A DNA stretch of 64,000 bases, taken from NCBI RefSeq assembly GCF_006345805.1, contig NC_043008.1:41974001-42038000 (forward strand), in the 5' to 3' direction. Position numbers and translations under genes: made by a program. The first letter of the stretch is position 1, and each line of letters begins with the position of its first letter. The DNA comes from Octopus sinensis. Its lineage: Eukaryota. Shown here piece after piece: positions 61,954-64,000 of the stretch. The notes beneath the pieces are model-generated. The model was not told where the DNA came from. It searched no databases and worked only from the letters and a program-made list of their open reading frames with translations.

Positions 61954-64000
61954 CATGGCAAAAAGATATTAAAAATTTTAAAGATAGGCATTGTAATTAT
62001 CCTGACAAACGCCTACACGAAATATATTTATTTACAGGCAATTCTGTAAGATGGCGAGTAAGAATTATGTGCTATGCTAATAACTTTTACTAAACGTGTG
62101 GATGAATTAGCTGGATACAGAAACATCATGTCTTTTAGGTTCCTAGATTGTATTTCATTTCTTTCTTTTGTTCAAGAACACGCGTTAGTAATGAGGAATG
62201 TAGAATTCTGTATATTATATGCTACGTGTTTCATCGATGTCAGAAAGAAGGAATCTATTGATGTGTGTCTGTGTATTTGATTTGCTTCATGTCTATGTAC
62301 AATTAATGAACTGTAGAATTTGAAAAACAGAGCATGAAATAGCGAATTTCAAAGTTTGGTGGTCGTCAACTTCAACGGGTTAATTGTTTTAAATAGATAT
62401 GAGATTTTGGTAATATTATTCCGTTTAAACAGCGAAACAATAAATAGGATCAATAATATAAGAAAGGCAGGCGTGAACTCGGATCGATTCTAACGATTTG
62501 AACTCATTTTTATTAATCAATAATTCATAATACCTTAAACGTTTTAAAATACTAAGTTTTCAAAATAACAAAAATAACACTTTCATTTGTTTTTCATTTT
62601 GTATTTCTTATTTCTTATTTTATTTGTTTATTCTCATTTGCATTTTTATTTTTATATCGAAAAAAGTTTGAAGAGAAATTTGATCGGAGGGAAAATGTAC
62701 CTGAAAAAAAAAATAAATAAAAACATGGTGGGCGATAATAAAAGATGAAAGGGAAAGATATGAATATGACATCAAATGGCACTAGAAATGCAAGTGGAAA
62801 CTGAAGAGAGCTTTAAGTTCGAATGTGAGATATCACACATTTGTAATTAAGTTTTCTTACCAAATACTGTTTAATGAGGAATAGATTAGACACAGATAAA
62901 TCATATATCGATCTGACCTTTCGAAAATTTACCGCTGCTTTTGCTCATGCAATTTAGGTTTTGTTTTCTTTTCGTGTTTGTGTGTTATTTATTTTATGAA
63001 GTCTGTCGTTTGTAAAACTTGAGAGGAAGAGATAAGCCCCTGCTCCATCGGAGAATAAGATCGCAAGCTGGAGTTAGTTGAACTATTATTAATTAATTTA
63101 TTTATTTATTTTGTAATTTATTAACCTACTTAATGACCTTAGGGGAGGTGCAAAATCACAGTCACTCTTCAAAACTTCTATTTATATGAAAGGCTGCTGT
63201 GACTAATCAAAAGTACTTCCTAATCGTAAAACTTGCGGCCAATAAAACACGGTTTCAGAAAAAAAGTAAAAGAACCATATTTAAAATTAAACGAATATTG
63301 ATTTATAATATAGGCACATGGTCCGAATATTTTCGGAGAGTAAAGAAATTTGAATCAAACCCTCAATAATTGTCTGTTCCATTATTTATTTGACCCCCGT
63401 AAGAATCAAAAGCGAGGCTGACCACGGCAGGATTTCATTTCAAACGGTAAAAAGCCATATCGGAAGATGTCTGCCTATTATGAAATATTGATCTCTTACG
63501 AAGGCACAAATCCGCGCATTGAGAGGAAAATATTCGATAATATCAGCCTCAGTACTTGATTAGGTTATTATCGATTCTAGAAGGAAGAAGGAAGGCGGCA
63601 TTAAATTCGTTACGATTTGATCTAAGAACTGAAATGAATGATCTTGGATAGCTTAAGTATATCTAATAGGTTAATGTACTCTGTCAATCGACGGACCTTC
63701 CATGGGTGTCCAGAAATATTTTTTTACTATCAAAGGCATGATATCTAAACCACAGTAAGTCAATTCGACACAATTTCCTCTATCATATGAATTCTGTGTA
63801 TCGAGTTCACTTTAAATCAATCACTAAGAGCATGAAGAAAAGCATGAAGATCTCAGCTTTAATTTACTCCTCTACAAAAACTTATTACGTCACACTAAGT
63901 CTTAGAGGTCACAGCTGACTTACCTAAATACGTTAGCAACGACTCCTCGACTTGCTACGGGTTTCTTTTTACCTCACAATAGACTCAGAAAAATTAGTCA

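Noticed and set aside
62797-62832. CTGAAGA GAGC-TTTAA-GTTC GAATGTG hammerhead-like match
   Set aside because: Stem II is plausible, but the core reads GAAT, the triplet is wrong and there is no stem I.

Overview
AT-rich eukaryotic DNA saturated with microsatellites. From memory, its SINE and MITE repeats look like those of octopus/cephalopod genomes; this is recognition, not a database result. Nearly every ORF in the supplied track is a translation of simple repeats. The one clearly recognisable protein-coding remnant is a 5'-truncated Penelope-like retroelement (PLE) at ~37141-38375 (-): RT thumb, Cys-rich linker and GIY-YIG endonuclease. The most striking signal is seven type-I hammerhead ribozyme (HHR) motifs from four unrelated sequence families within 33 kb, all with a GUA cleavage triplet and all in elements embedded in (AT)n. 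Three families show the same architecture: an inverted duplication with two outward-facing HHRs, where one arm carries an extra 3' tail. These are a ~4.4 kb non-coding palindrome (11616-16080), the ~6.4 kb PLE with an inverted pLTR (34065-40491) and a ~0.5 kb near-perfect hairpin (43792-44291). The fourth family is a solo ~0.2 kb HHR insert (18043-18250). There are also several SINE copies, a mariner-type MITE, LINE-like 3' ends and a few candidate small exons of an unidentified + strand host transcript (21.0-23.5 kb). Coordinates were counted by eye and may be a few bases off, especially at repeat edges.
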